From an uncultured Acidobacteriia bacterium (GTDB taxonomy: Bacteria > Acidobacteriota > Terriglobia > Bryobacterales > Bryobacteraceae), in NCBI GenBank assembly GCA_903925975.1, contig CAIYHG010000001.1, positions 3,454 through 67,453 on the forward strand: a stretch of 64,000 nucleotides of DNA. Reading direction: 5' to 3'. The notes beneath the pieces are model-generated. The model made no database searches. It was not told the origin of the DNA and saw only the letters and a program-made list of their open reading frames with translations. The position numbers and the translations under genes are program-made. Of this stretch, positions 8,662-19,009 are shown in pieces; within the stretch, counting starts at the first letter, position 1, and the number at the start of each line of letters is the position of its first letter.

Positions 8662-9927
8662 TTATAGCCTCGCCTGCAAACTCCGTAATGCCCTCAGTCC
8701 TTCCTGGGCCACATCTGCGTTGTTGTCGCGGCTGAGCTTCTCCAGGGGCGCTACGCTATCTTTGTCCCCGCTGTAGGCCAACACGCGCGCCAAGCCTATC
8801 TTTTCCGCCTTAGTCCCGCCGGCGATCGGGCCATAGAGCAACGCCCGAACCGAATCGGTGCGCGCCAGTTCCGCCAGAAACGCAAAGGCCTCCCCGTTAT
8901 ACGCGGCTGAGTTCAGCGTGTCGATCAGGAATTGGAGCGGGCTGGACTGGCTCAACTCGGTCGTGCCGAGTGTGACCAACGCGAACGCCAGCGAGACGCG
9001 CGGTGAGGTCTTATTCTCACCCTCCCAAGCCTTCCGCAACACCGGCAGATCGTTGGGATCTCGCTGGCGGGCATAACCCTCGGCCGCGGCGCCCCGTAGT
9101 CCCTCATCTTTGTCATTCAGGTACTGAGCGAAGAGTTGGCGGCTGTCCGCCGAAGGCATCATCGCAATCGCGGTCAGCGCCGCGCGCCGCACTCCAGTGT
9201 CCTCGCTCCGCCGCAGTATGTCGGCGAGCGTGGGTACGGCCTCGCGATTCTGCAGCAGTCCGGCGGCTTCGATGGCCGCGATCTGGACCTTCAGTTCGAG
9301 ATCGCGCAACCGGAACGCGACGTCGGGTCCCGCCGAAGCCTCACGAGTCTTCTGAATGGCGATCAGAGATTCGTAGATCAGGTCGGAATCCTTCGAGTGC
9401 ACGCCCTCGATCAACTGCGGCAGTGCGGACTTTCCGCGCAGCACGCCCACGGCGCGGGCGGCGTTGGCGCGGCCCTGAACAGTCGAGGCCCCGGCGACAA
9501 GCCTGCCCAGCGCTTCGACCACCTCCGGCCGCACCGAAACGAAGGGTTCGATAACCTCCTCCGCGGGATCGGCAAAGACCGACTTGACGCCCGAACTGAC
9601 CCGCTTCAGCGCTCCGCGCAGTCCGAATTGCACGTAGCCGGGGTAGTAGAAATTCACCAGCCCGTTGGCGGCCAGCGTTTGGATCTCAGGGTCGTTGTCC
9701 CGCGTTGCCTGGATCAGCGGATTCAGGCTGGCCTGTGTTCCGATGGAAGCGATCTGCTTGACTGCTTCCAGGCGCACCTCGCGCGAGGGGTCCTTCAGAA
9801 ATACCTCAAGCTTGGGCATCGCTTCGGCGCCGCCCTTGGCCGCGTCGCGCACATCCTTCGGCCGGGCGGCTTGCGCGCTCAAAATGGCAAGTGGGAAAAG
9901 CAGGAGAAGCACTGCGGTAGGGCGCAT
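8662..9927 (-). CDS. HEAT-repeat protein, secreted
   Basis: Signal peptide MRPTAVLLLLFPLAILSAQA. Repeated D..VR..A..AL units along 421 aa. Confidence 0.8.
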   Translation of the reverse strand: MRPTAVLLLLFPLAILSAQAARPKDVRDAAKGGAEAMPKLEVFLKDPSREVRLEAVKQIASIGTQASLNPLIQATRDNDPEIQTLAANGLVNFYYPGYVQFGLRGALKRVSSGVKSVFADPAEEVIEPFVSVRPEVVEALGRLVAGASTVQGRANAARAVGVLRGKSALPQLIEGVHSKDSDLIYESLIAIQKTREASAGPDVAFRLRDLELKVQIAAIEAAGLLQNREAVPTLADILRRSEDTGVRRAALTAIAMMPSADSRQLFAQYLNDKDEGLRGAAAEGYARQRDPNDLPVLRKAWEGENKTSPRVSLAFALVTLGTTELSQSSPLQFLIDTLNSAAYNGEAFAFLAELARTDSVRALLYGPIAGGTKAEKIGLARVLAYSGDKDSVAPLEKLSRDNNADVAQEGLRALRSLQARL

Positions 9928-10148
9928 AGTTCTATGCTATCGCGGCGCGCGAAGATGGATGCAGGTTTGGGTCCTTCCTTTAACGCGGATGAACCCGAAC
10001 TCTCGCGCTGAGGGCGGGGATCGCGCACCGTCATCGGGCAGAGTACACGCCCCTTGCAGAGCCACGACCGACCAGGGAGCGGCGCCTGAACCATCCCCCC
10101 GGGGCAGAAGCCCAAGGCAGCGCGAACTGCCGCCCAATCCGCACACTG

Positions 10149-11297
10149 TTGCGGGCACTGCCCAGCAGCGGAGGGGATGCCTCTCCCGTTAGAATTAAGA
10201 CAGTGGCCGGCGTCTATCTCTCTTATCCGTTTTGCGCCCAGAAATGCACGTTCTGCAATTTCGCGTCGGGCGTGTTTCCGCGCGCGCTGGAGAGAGAGTA
10301 CCTTGCTGCGCTGCGAGCGGAAGTCCGAGGGCACCGGTGGGAGTGGCCTCCGGAAACCATCTACCTGGGGGGCGGCACGCCCGGCAACATGGCGCCTGAG
10401 GACCTTGCCGGCTTGCTCGGCGACATCCCAGCGAGCCCGTGGGCCGAAGCTACGCTTGAGGCTGCCCCGGGGTCGATCACGCGCGAGCTTGCCCGGGCGT
10501 GGGTGGCGTGCGGCATTAACCGCGTGAGCCTGGGCGTGCAGAGCTTCGTGGATCGCGAAATCCGCGGAACCGGGCGGAAGCACTCGGCACCAACTGTCGC
10601 GCGGGAAATCGCGTTGCTCGCCGAGGCCGGTATCCGCAACATCAACATCGACCTCATCGCCGGGCTTTCCGGGCAGACCGAAGCGAGTTGGCGCGAGTCG
10701 CTCGATTGGATCGAACGCCTCCAGCCGCCGCACGTATCCGTTTACATGCTGGAACTGGATGACGATAGCCGCCTGGGGAAAGAGATTCTCTCGGGCGGCG
10801 CGCGCTATGGCGCGCGCGAAGCGCCCGGAGAAGACGCCACGGCGGGGCTCTACGAAACGGCCGTCGAGCGCCTCGCCGCGCTGGGCATCCCCCGCTATGA
10901 GATTTCCAACTTCGCGCGGCCCGGGTTCGAATCGCGCCACAACTTGAAGTACTGGAAATTGGAACCGTACGCCGGGTTCGGGGCCGACGGCCACTCGTTC
11001 GATGGCCGCGTGCGGCGTCAAAACCCCGAATCGGCGCGAGAGTACGTGGAATGGCGCCGCTTGCCGAACCCAGCCGCCGCCGAGCACGCGGCCGATACCC
11101 CGCATGAGCGCTTCTTCGTAGGCCTGCGCCTCACCGACGGGATACGGCCCGAGCCCGAAGAATGGCGGCGCTTCGACGCGCCTATCCGGCGTTTTGTCTC
11201 AGAGGGACTGCTGGCAGCCGAGGGCGGCGCTCTGCGCCTAACTTCACGCGGCATAATGCTTTCCAATGAAGTTCTTCAAGACTTTCTCGAACTATGA
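10149..11297 (+). CDS. hemW: radical SAM heme chaperone HemW (HemN-like)
   Basis: [16 protein letters not shown] radical-SAM CxxxCxxC motif, conserved RVSLGVQSF and HNLKYW. Start uncertain (TTG 10149 or GTG 10203). Confidence 0.9.
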   Translation: MRALPSSGGDASPVRIKTVAGVYLSYPFCAQKCTFCNFASGVFPRALEREYLAALRAEVRGHRWEWPPETIYLGGGTPGNMAPEDLAGLLGDIPASPWAEATLEAAPGSITRELARAWVACGINRVSLGVQSFVDREIRGTGRKHSAPTVAREIALLAEAGIRNINIDLIAGLSGQTEASWRESLDWIERLQPPHVSVYMLELDDDSRLGKEILSGGARYGAREAPGEDATAGLYETAVERLAALGIPRYEISNFARPGFESRHNLKYWKLEPYAGFGADGHSFDGRVRRQNPESAREYVEWRRLPNPAAAEHAADTPHERFFVGLRLTDGIRPEPEEWRRFDAPIRRFVSEGLLAAEGGALRLTSRGIMLSNEVLQDFLEL

Positions 11298-12322
11298 TTG
11301 ACCTTCGCAGCGATACAGTAACCCGGCCAACGGCCGCAATGCGGCGCGCCATGATGGAAGCCGAAGTCGGTGACGACGTTTACGGCGAAGACCCCACGGT
11401 AAACCGGCTGGAACGGCGCGCGGCCGAGATCGCCGGCAAGGAAGCGGCCCTGTTCGTGCCCTCGGGGACGATGGGCAACACCATCGCCGTGAAGTTGCAC
11501 ACCGAACCGGGGCAGGAAGTGATCTGCGATTCCCGCGCGCACGTTCTCGACTACGAACTCGCCATGGTGGCGTGGTTCTCGAACTGCGTCATACGCGCCA
11601 TTCCAACCGATGACGGCATTCTTTCCTGGGACGCGGTGCGCCGCCACATCCGTCCTCCGGGTCCGCACTGGGCGCCCACCGGCCTGATCGAAATCGAGAA
11701 CACGCACAACATGGCGGGCGGTACGGTCTACCCGTTGGGCGCGATCCGCGAGATTTGCGCCGGAGCGCACGAGCGCGGCTTGCCGGTGCACATGGATGGC
11801 GCGCGCGTGTTCAACGCCGCCACGGCGCTGGGCGTCTCCGTGAAAGAGATCGTCGAGCCCGTGGATACCGTGATGTTCTGCCTCTCGAAGGCCCTCGGCG
11901 CGCCGGTGGGTTCGATGCTGGCGGGTCCGGCGAACCTCATAGCCAAGGGAAGGCTCCTGCGGAAACGGTTGGGCGGAGGGATGCGCCAGGCGGGCATATT
12001 GGCCGCCGCCGGTCTTGTCGCGCTCGACGAGACACCGGCCAAATTGGGCGCCGACCACTCGAACGCCCGGTTCCTGGCCGAAGGCCTGGCGCGCATTCCG
12101 GGCATTCAGGCCGACCCCGGGAAGGCGGTTACGAACATCGTCATCTTCAATGTGAGCGGCACGGGATTTACCAGCGCGGAGATCAGCGCGCGCCTGAAGC
12201 AGAGCGGCATTCTGATCAACGGAATCAATGAACGCCTGATGCGCGCGGTGACGCACTACGACGTGGACCGGGCAGCCTGCGCCCAGGCTCTGGAGGCGCT
12301 TGCCGCCGCAGTGTTACGATAG
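11294..12322 (+). CDS. ltaE: low-specificity L-threonine aldolase
   Basis: [34 protein letters not shown]-terminus and the [13 protein letters not shown]-lysine region. ATGA overlap with hemW. Confidence 0.9.
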   Translation: MIDLRSDTVTRPTAAMRRAMMEAEVGDDVYGEDPTVNRLERRAAEIAGKEAALFVPSGTMGNTIAVKLHTEPGQEVICDSRAHVLDYELAMVAWFSNCVIRAIPTDDGILSWDAVRRHIRPPGPHWAPTGLIEIENTHNMAGGTVYPLGAIREICAGAHERGLPVHMDGARVFNAATALGVSVKEIVEPVDTVMFCLSKALGAPVGSMLAGPANLIAKGRLLRKRLGGGMRQAGILAAAGLVALDETPAKLGADHSNARFLAEGLARIPGIQADPGKAVTNIVIFNVSGTGFTSAEISARLKQSGILINGINERLMRAVTHYDVDRAACAQALEALAAAVLR

Positions 12323-12439
12323 CTGCTTCTACCTGATTTTGCAGGGAATTGGAACCCCGGAGGGCGCGCGAGCGTCGTTGGGTCTTCCGGTCGAGATCAA
12401 GCCAGCAGGCTCGTAGCCTGCCGTTATAAGGGATAGTAA

Positions 12440-15262
12440 ATGCGAATAGCGGTTCAAAGAGCGTACCGGACAGCCCTGATCTTCCTTGCGGCTGGAGCGG
12501 CCTATGCCCAGCAGTATTCCATCGCCACCATAGCGGGCGCGGCGCCGCCTCTCACTTCGCCCTCAGCCGTGGGCATCTCGGTGGGCCGTCCCGCGCGCAC
12601 GGCGCTCGATAAGTCGGGCAACCTGTACTTCAGCAGCGCCGATGCCGTCTACCGGGTTGGGGCCGATGGCGCCCTCACGCGCGTTGCCGGCACGGGCCAC
12701 GCCGGATTTTCGGGCGATGGCGGACTCGCGGTGAACGCTCAGTTGAACTCGCCCGAGGGCTTGGCCATAGATGCCTCAGGCAACCTCTATATCGCCGATT
12801 CCGCGAATAACCGCGTCCGCCTGGTGACAGCCGCCGGCGTGATCGGCACGTTCGCGGGTGATGGGAACCCTGGGGACTACGGGGTTTTCATCAACGACGG
12901 CGTTGCCGCGCCGCAAACGCATTTGCATGCGCCATCGGCCATGGCGCTCGATTCTGCCGGGAACGTCTATATCGCCGACACCTTGAATCACAACATCCGC
13001 AAAGTCACCGGGGACGGAGTGATCACGGTGATCGTGGGCGACACCTATCCGGGATACAAGGGCGATGACGAATTGGCGACGAAGGCCGAACTCTACAAAC
13101 CCAAGGACCTGCTCTTCGATTCCTCGGGCAATCTCTACATCGCCGACATGGGCAATGCGGTAATCCGCAAGGTTACCAAGGATGGAAAGATCGCCACGTT
13201 CGCGGGCACGGGCTCGATCGGACATTCCGGAGACGGGGATGTGGCCACCAAAGCCGCCATTGCGCAGCCGTTTAGCATCGCGCTCGATTCCGCCGGCAAC
13301 CTTTACATCGCCGACCCCAGCGACAATCGCATTCGCAAAATCGATTCGGCTGGGAAGATCAGCACCCTCGCGGGCACGGCGCTCCCCGGTTACGCCGGCG
13401 ACGGCGGCGCGGCATCGAGCGCGCTATTGAGCCAGCCCACTGGAGTCGCTTCCGATTCGGCGGGCAATCTCTACATCGCCGACTCGCTCAACGGACGGGT
13501 ACGCAAAATTGCTTCCTCCGGAAACGTTTCGACCGTGGCGGGCAACGGCCTGTTCAGCTACTCAGGCGATGGCGGCGCGGCTATGGCAGCGCGCCTGGAC
13601 ATGCCCCAGGCCCTCGCCGTGGATGCCGCCGGGGCGATCTACTTTTCCGACTCGGGAAACAACGCCGTGCGGAAGATCGATGCCAAGGGAGTGATCTCGA
13701 CGGTGGCGGGTACCGGCGCGGCCGGTTCCGGCGGGGACGGCGGAAGCGGCACGGCGGCGCAACTAAACGGGCCCACCGGCGTTGCCCTGGATGCGTCGGG
13801 CAACCTCTACATCGCCGACACCGGTAACAATCGCGTGCGGAAACTGACCGCAGCGGGCGTGATCGCGAGCGTGGCGGGAACCGGGGCGCAGGGGTACTCT
13901 GGCGATGGCGGCACGGCGACGGCAGCTCAGTTGAACGCTCCCGTGGGCGTGGCGGTAGATTCCACGGGCGTCCTCTACATTGCCGATACCGGCAACGGCG
14001 TCGTGCGGATGGTTGGGGCCACCGGCGGGATGTCGACATTCGCCGGCACAGCGAACGCCGGCTACTCGGGCGACGGGGGGCCGGCCGCACAAGCGCGGCT
14101 TTCGACGCCGCGCGGACTGGCGCTTGATGCCTCGGGTAATTTGTACATCGCCGATTCGGGCAATAACCGCATACGCAAGGTGACGCGGGCGGGCGTGATC
14201 TCTACCGTGGCCGGCGACGGCCTTCCGGGCGTCGGCGGCGACCTGGGCTTCGCGACCGCCGCGCATGTGACCGCGCCAAAGGGAATCGCCATCGATCTAT
14301 CGGGAAATCTGTATATCACCGAAACCGGGGGCCGGGTCCGTAAGGTCTATGCGGGCGGAATCATTACCACCATCGCGGGCAACGGCACGCAGAGTTACTC
14401 GGGCGACGGAGGCCCGGCGCTGTCGGCTAGTCTGAACGTTCCGTACGGGCTGGCGCTGCCCGGTGGCACGGGAACGTCGATCTATATTGCCGATACGGGG
14501 AACCGCGCCCTTCGTATGTTGCAGCTTCAGTCCGCGCAAGGCCCGTTGACTTCCACCGCGGGCGTCACCAACGGCGCCAGCAATCTCTCCGGCGCCGTGG
14601 CTCCCGGCGAGGTGGTGGTGATCTACGGCTCCGGGCTTGGACCGGCGCAGTTGGCGCCCGGGCAGACCAACAGCTTGGGGAATGTTACGACGAGCTTGGC
14701 CGGCACGCGCGTGCTGTTTAACGGAACTGCCGCGCCGGTCACGTACGCGTGGGGCACGCAGGTTGCGGCGCAGGTTCCGTTTTCGGTCTCCGGGCCCACC
14801 GTGCAGATCGTAGTTCAGTACAACGGCCAGGCCGCCGCACCGGTAGCCGTGGCGGTTGCCGCCGCCGCGCCTGGCGTGTTTACGCTAGATGCCTCGGGCA
14901 AGGGACAGGCAGTGGCCTTCAATCGGGATGGATCGGACACGCTCAATGGTTCGGGGCGTCCAGTTAAGGCCGGAAGCCTGATTGACCTCTACATTACGGG
15001 GGCAGGGCAGGTTACCCCGGCAATCGTTGAAGGCGCGCCGGTGTCCGATCCGAATACGGCCGCGGCGGCGCTTGTCACGGCCACCATCGGCGGGCAGTCC
15101 GCCACGGTGCAATACGCCAAGGGTATCCCGGGAGCGATTGCGGGCGTGCTCGTGGTCCGGGTTCAGGTTCCCAGCGGACTCACGGCCAATAACGCGGCCC
15201 CGGTTGTAGTGCTGGTGGGCGGCGTTTCGAGCCAGAGCGGCGTCACCATCGCTACCAACTAG
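12440..15262 (+). CDS. NHL-repeat protein with Solibacter-type C-terminal domain
   Basis: About 13 repeats of the unit P.G.A.D..GNLYIAD..N.RVRKV...G.I.T.AG.G..GYSGDGG.A..A.L. The C-terminal ~230 aa (VTNGAS..APGEVVVIYGSGLG..TIGGQSATVQYAKG..AGVLVVRVQVPSG) matches my recollection of TIGR03437. Confidence 0.9.
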   Translation: MRIAVQRAYRTALIFLAAGAAYAQQYSIATIAGAAPPLTSPSAVGISVGRPARTALDKSGNLYFSSADAVYRVGADGALTRVAGTGHAGFSGDGGLAVNAQLNSPEGLAIDASGNLYIADSANNRVRLVTAAGVIGTFAGDGNPGDYGVFINDGVAAPQTHLHAPSAMALDSAGNVYIADTLNHNIRKVTGDGVITVIVGDTYPGYKGDDELATKAELYKPKDLLFDSSGNLYIADMGNAVIRKVTKDGKIATFAGTGSIGHSGDGDVATKAAIAQPFSIALDSAGNLYIADPSDNRIRKIDSAGKISTLAGTALPGYAGDGGAASSALLSQPTGVASDSAGNLYIADSLNGRVRKIASSGNVSTVAGNGLFSYSGDGGAAMAARLDMPQALAVDAAGAIYFSDSGNNAVRKIDAKGVISTVAGTGAAGSGGDGGSGTAAQLNGPTGVALDASGNLYIADTGNNRVRKLTAAGVIASVAGTGAQGYSGDGGTATAAQLNAPVGVAVDSTGVLYIADTGNGVVRMVGATGGMSTFAGTANAGYSGDGGPAAQARLSTPRGLALDASGNLYIADSGNNRIRKVTRAGVISTVAGDGLPGVGGDLGFATAAHVTAPKGIAIDLSGNLYITETGGRVRKVYAGGIITTIAGNGTQSYSGDGGPALSASLNVPYGLALPGGTGTSIYIADTGNRALRMLQLQSAQGPLTSTAGVTNGASNLSGAVAPGEVVVIYGSGLGPAQLAPGQTNSLGNVTTSLAGTRVLFNGTAAPVTYAWGTQVAAQVPFSVSGPTVQIVVQYNGQAAAPVAVAVAAAAPGVFTLDASGKGQAVAFNRDGSDTLNGSGRPVKAGSLIDLYITGAGQVTPAIVEGAPVSDPNTAAAALVTATIGGQSATVQYAKGIPGAIAGVLVVRVQVPSGLTANNAAPVVVLVGGVSSQSGVTIATN

Positions 15263-15531
15263 TTCCGGCGGCGGCGATATTCGCTGCCGCCCAAGCCGCC
15301 TGCGTCGATGAGGACGGCCACCACCAGGATCAAGAGATTGATTCCCTCGATCGGACGGCCGCTGTTCCGCAGCCAGGCGTAGACCAGCGTGGTGAACGGC
15401 AGGAACAGAAAGCCCAGCACGGGCAGCAGAAGCCCGTGATAGGCCCGCTCCAGGTAGCTTGAGAACAGAAACAGCAACGCCAGCGCGAGGCGCGGGAACC
15501 CGAGAATGACGATCAACAAGAGGCAGGGCAT
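15259..15531 (-). CDS. small hydrophobic membrane protein (90 aa)
   Basis: Start trimmed to MPCLLLIVILGF. Three hydrophobic spans. The upstream part of ORF 15259..15663 overlaps the divergent regulator gene. Confidence 0.5.
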   Translation of the reverse strand: MPCLLLIVILGFPRLALALLFLFSSYLERAYHGLLLPVLGFLFLPFTTLVYAWLRNSGRPIEGINLLILVVAVLIDAGGLGGSEYRRRRN

Positions 15532-15615
15532 GGCGAATCCGGCCGACAGCCTGCATTGTCGCAGATCGGGCGTGTTGCGCGCATCGTCAAGTGGTACGTA
15601 GAATCTAATAGTTGC

Positions 15616-15981
15616 ATGGCCGATAGCAGGAAGACCGTTCTGATCGTGGATGACGACCCGCACGTGCTGACTCTCGTGGAGAAGATGCTGCGCCCGCGCC
15701 GCATCAATCTGCTGGTTGCGCCACGCGCCGCGGAAGCGCTCGAGATCTGCGAACGGGAGTCCATCGACGTCTTGATTTCCGATGTGCGCATGCCCGATAT
15801 GGACGGCGTCAAGCTGGCCGAGCGTGTTTTGAAATTGCGCCCCGAAGCCTCTGTGCTGCTGATCTCCGGCTACTGGAAGGAAGTTCCCCCCGGAAAACCG
15901 GGTCAGGTGCGGTTTCTGCGCAAGCCGTTCTTCCCCTCGGAACTGGTTCGGCAGTTGCAGGAAATGCTGCCGGACGCATAG
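15616..15981 (+). CDS. single-domain response regulator (CheY-like receiver)
   Basis: Start trimmed to [14 protein letters not shown]. Phospho-acceptor region [14 protein letters not shown] and the later KPF motif. Confidence 0.85.
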   Translation: MADSRKTVLIVDDDPHVLTLVEKMLRPRRINLLVAPRAAEALEICERESIDVLISDVRMPDMDGVKLAERVLKLRPEASVLLISGYWKEVPPGKPGQVRFLRKPFFPSELVRQLQEMLPDA

Positions 15982-16063
15982 CGCGCAATCGCCCCCCTTT
16001 CAAAAACCCCACTCTGAATCACGCGGTAGGATAAGGGCACTTCGCTCGGGAGGCGGAGCGCAT

Positions 16064-16699
16064 ATGAGAAACACTCTGCCGGATGAAGCTCTGGATCAGC
16101 TCTTTTGCCAGGCACGCACCTACAGCGCATGGCTGGATAAGCCAGTCTCCGACGATACGCTTCAGCGGTTGTACGGCCTGATGAAGTGGGGGCCCACCAG
16201 CGCGAACGCAAGTCCGGCCCGGTTCTTCTTCATACGTTCGCGCGAAGGCAAGGAGCGGCTGCGGCCTACGCTTGCGCCCGCCAATGTGGATAAGACGATG
16301 GCCGCGCCCGTCACCGTGATTGTCGCCTACGACCTTCTGTTTTTCGAAAAGCTGCCTAAGCTGTTCCCGCATAACGCCGCGATGCGCGAGCTCTTTGCGC
16401 AGAATCCACAGCTTGTGGAGACAACGGCCAAGCGCAATTCGTCGCTCGATGGCGCATATCTGATCGTTGCGGCGCGCGCGCTCGGGCTTGACTGCGGCCC
16501 CATGTCCGGATTCGACAATGAAAATCTGGATCGAGAATTCTTCGCCGCGGGGAAAGAGCGCGAAGGCCGCGATCAGGAGTTCTTTCCGGCAGGACACGTG
16601 AAATCGAATTTCCTGTGCAACCTGGGTTACGGAGACGCGGCGAAGTTGCACCCGCGCGCGCCGCGCCTTGAATTCAACGAAGCGTGCTCGCTTCTGTAA
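16064..16699 (+). CDS. nitroreductase-family malonic semialdehyde reductase (RutE-like)
   Basis: Near-collinear with E. coli RutE as I recall it: [59 protein letters not shown]. No other rut genes nearby. Confidence 0.9.
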   Translation: MRNTLPDEALDQLFCQARTYSAWLDKPVSDDTLQRLYGLMKWGPTSANASPARFFFIRSREGKERLRPTLAPANVDKTMAAPVTVIVAYDLLFFEKLPKLFPHNAAMRELFAQNPQLVETTAKRNSSLDGAYLIVAARALGLDCGPMSGFDNENLDREFFAAGKEREGRDQEFFPAGHVKSNFLCNLGYGDAAKLHPRAPRLEFNEACSLL

Positions 16700-17084
16700 G
16701 GAACTGGCGGCTTCCACCCCACGCATCCGCGGACAGGCGAAACGTACGCAACAGTCCGGTTACGCCGGCCCCCGGCGGTCGAGGCGCCGATAAGGTATTT
16801 GGAGGCCTTGTATAAAGCGCCACAGAAACAGTTGCTCTTTGAATTGAGCTGCCGCATAATCCGAAATGCGCATTGCGGAATTGCAGTTCCGATTGTTGCT
16901 AGAGCCTGAACCGGCCGGTGTTCAGGCGCGAATGGATGGAGCTTCCCGCGCCGCTGGGTACATTGGGGGGCGGGAAGAAGCTTCGACCTGCATCGTCGAA
17001 TGGGCCGTCTGGCCCTGCCGGCTTTAAGAAGTCTCCTTGACAGAACGCTGACCGCCTCAGGAACCGTCGAGTTCCGGGGGCCGT

Positions 17085-17146
17085 AGTCAAAACTTTTGTG
17101 TTTGACTGGCCGCGCGCCGGCACGGGGTTGTCCTGCTGGCGCGCGG
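17085..17146. promoter_or_regulatory. inverted repeats just upstream of the TolB-like gene
   Basis: AGTCAAAAC-TTTTGT-GTTTGACT (17085-17107), then CCGCGCGCC (17110-17118) pairing with GGCGCGCGG (17138-17146). Confidence 0.35.
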
Positions 17147-17162
17147 GGTCGTTAGGCGGGCT

Positions 17163-18917
17163 GTGATCGCTGCGATAATTGAGCGTATGCGATCGGGTCC
17201 GATTCACCGCCGCCCTGCCGTTCTGCTGGCACTAGCTTTGTGCGGAATCGCCGCCGTGGTAAGCCTGCTGGGGCGGTTGACAGGCCGCTCCGAACAAGCG
17301 TGGCAGCCGGTGCGGTTTCCGGCCACCGCTAACGCGGAAACATATCCTTCCTTTTCCCCTGACGGCAAGAGCCTTGTCTACAGCGCCCGCGCGGGCGAGG
17401 GCGAAGCTTTTCACCTCTACATCCGCAAACTGTCCGGCGGCGCGGCCGCTGCGCTCACTTCGGGCGCGTCGAGCGACATAGGGCCGGCCTGGTCGCCGGA
17501 TGGCAACACCGTCGCGTTCCTGCGAGTGAGCGACGAAAGCGGCTTGTGCATGACGGTGTCCGCCAACGCGCCGGCGGCGGCGCCGCGGAAAGTTGCGGAG
17601 TGCGCGGTCTCGGGCGGCGAAGAAGCCCTGCCGGCGTTGACCTGGACGCCAGACGGCAAATCGCTGATTGCTGCTGTGCCCGCCCCAAGCGGCGTGCCGG
17701 CTCTGGCCGCGTTGCCTCTGGACGGCAGCGCGCCCAAGCCATTGACGGCGCCTCCAGCCGATGGAACGGGCGATTTCATGCCTGCCGTTTCTCCCGATGG
17801 AAAGCGGCTTGCGTTCATCAGGACATCTGGACCCCAAAAGTCGGATATTTTCGTTTCCGGTCTCTCGGGTGAAAATCCGGGGCGGCGTACGTTCGATGGC
17901 AGTTCCATTCGCGGCGTCGCGTGGACGCGGGACGGACGCGACTTGATCTACGCGGGACAGCGGGCCGGCCGTTGGTGGGGGCTGTGGCGCGTCAGCGCCG
18001 GAGGGGGCAGTCCGCGCGAGGTTCGGATCTCCGGCGGGGCGGCCGAGTACCCCGCCGTTGCTCGTACCGGCGGGTTGGCTTTCAGCGAGAATTCTTCCTC
18101 TCCGGCCATTTGGCGGGCCGAGGTAGTCGAAAGCGGCGGACGCTCGAGCGCGCTCATCGCTTCATCCGCCGCTGAATCCGGCCCGGCTTATTCGGCGGAC
18201 GGCAAGAACATAGCGTGGGTCTCCACGTTGAGCGGCGCCGAAGAAATCTGGACGGGCGACGCCTCCGGCGGTGGCCGCCGTCAGATTACGAAACTGGCCG
18301 GCGCTATGCGTCCGCAGCGTCTCGCGTGGTCGCCTGACGGCCGGCTTATGCTTTTCGAATCCAGCACCAACGGCGAGACCGCGCTCGAAGTGGTTCCGGT
18401 CTCGGGCGGCACTCCAAAGCGCGTAGCCATCGGCGCTTCGAACGCATCCTGGTCGCGCGACGGAAAGAGCGTCTATTACCAATCCGCCGCACAGATCTTC
18501 AAGGTGGGCGCCGATGGAGCGAATGCGCGGCCGCTTACCGATGCCCGCCGCCGCAGCGCCAACACCCCGGAGGAATCCGTTGACGGGAAGTTCCTGTATT
18601 TCTGGGGCTGGGGCGGGGTCAACCGTATGCCGGCCGAAGGCGGGGTGGAGGAACGGGTGTTCACCCTCGAAGAAAACTCCAGGTGGGGCGGCATGCACGT
18701 CACGGCCCGCGGCATCTACTATCTGGCATCGAACCGTGCGCACCGGGGAACCACGGGATACTTCTACGATTTTGCAGCCGGAACCTCTTCGCGAGTGCTG
18801 CAACTCGCTGGCGTTGATCCATCGGGCATCGCGTTTTCCCCGGACGCCCGTTTCGTGGTCTATTCCCGCGTGGACCGCAGCCGGCAAACTCTGGCGTGGA
18901 TTCGAAACTTCGAGTGA
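17163..18917 (+). CDS. TolB-like WD40/PD40 beta-propeller repeat protein
   Basis: Repeated SPDGK/SPDGN/SRDGK..(A/V)(F/Y) PD40 motifs and an N-terminal signal anchor. Start could be ATG 17187. Confidence 0.8.
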   Translation: MIAAIIERMRSGPIHRRPAVLLALALCGIAAVVSLLGRLTGRSEQAWQPVRFPATANAETYPSFSPDGKSLVYSARAGEGEAFHLYIRKLSGGAAAALTSGASSDIGPAWSPDGNTVAFLRVSDESGLCMTVSANAPAAAPRKVAECAVSGGEEALPALTWTPDGKSLIAAVPAPSGVPALAALPLDGSAPKPLTAPPADGTGDFMPAVSPDGKRLAFIRTSGPQKSDIFVSGLSGENPGRRTFDGSSIRGVAWTRDGRDLIYAGQRAGRWWGLWRVSAGGGSPREVRISGGAAEYPAVARTGGLAFSENSSSPAIWRAEVVESGGRSSALIASSAAESGPAYSADGKNIAWVSTLSGAEEIWTGDASGGGRRQITKLAGAMRPQRLAWSPDGRLMLFESSTNGETALEVVPVSGGTPKRVAIGASNASWSRDGKSVYYQSAAQIFKVGADGANARPLTDARRRSANTPEESVDGKFLYFWGWGGVNRMPAEGGVEERVFTLEENSRWGGMHVTARGIYYLASNRAHRGTTGYFYDFAAGTSSRVLQLAGVDPSGIAFSPDARFVVYSRVDRSRQTLAWIRNFE

Positions 18918-19009
18918 GCGCTTTCGCCCATTGCAAACATTAATTCAGGGTCTCTTCATCCGGCTTTGCTGTACAATTCGCCTCGGGATTTCCCTGCGAG
19001 GTGAAAAAG

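Noticed and set aside
10923-10933. GGGTTCGAATC, a T-arm-like motif (also GGGTTCGAAT near 39979), checked as possible tRNA genes.
   Set aside because: Both lie inside well-supported CDSs (hemW and DUF167). Neither is flanked by acceptor-stem or anticodon-arm complementarity. I found no tRNA or rRNA in the window.
9879-11105. 408-aa ORF antisense to hemW.
   Set aside because: hemW carries the radical-SAM CxxxCxxC and other conserved motifs. The antisense product is Arg/Gly/Pro-rich with no motif.
16899-17207. 102-aa minus-strand ORF, and a 76-aa ORF at 16627..16857, both in the spacer upstream of the TolB-like gene.
   Set aside because: Neither has a ribosome-binding site. Their composition is Arg/Pro/Ser-rich, and they overlap the starts or ends of better-supported genes.
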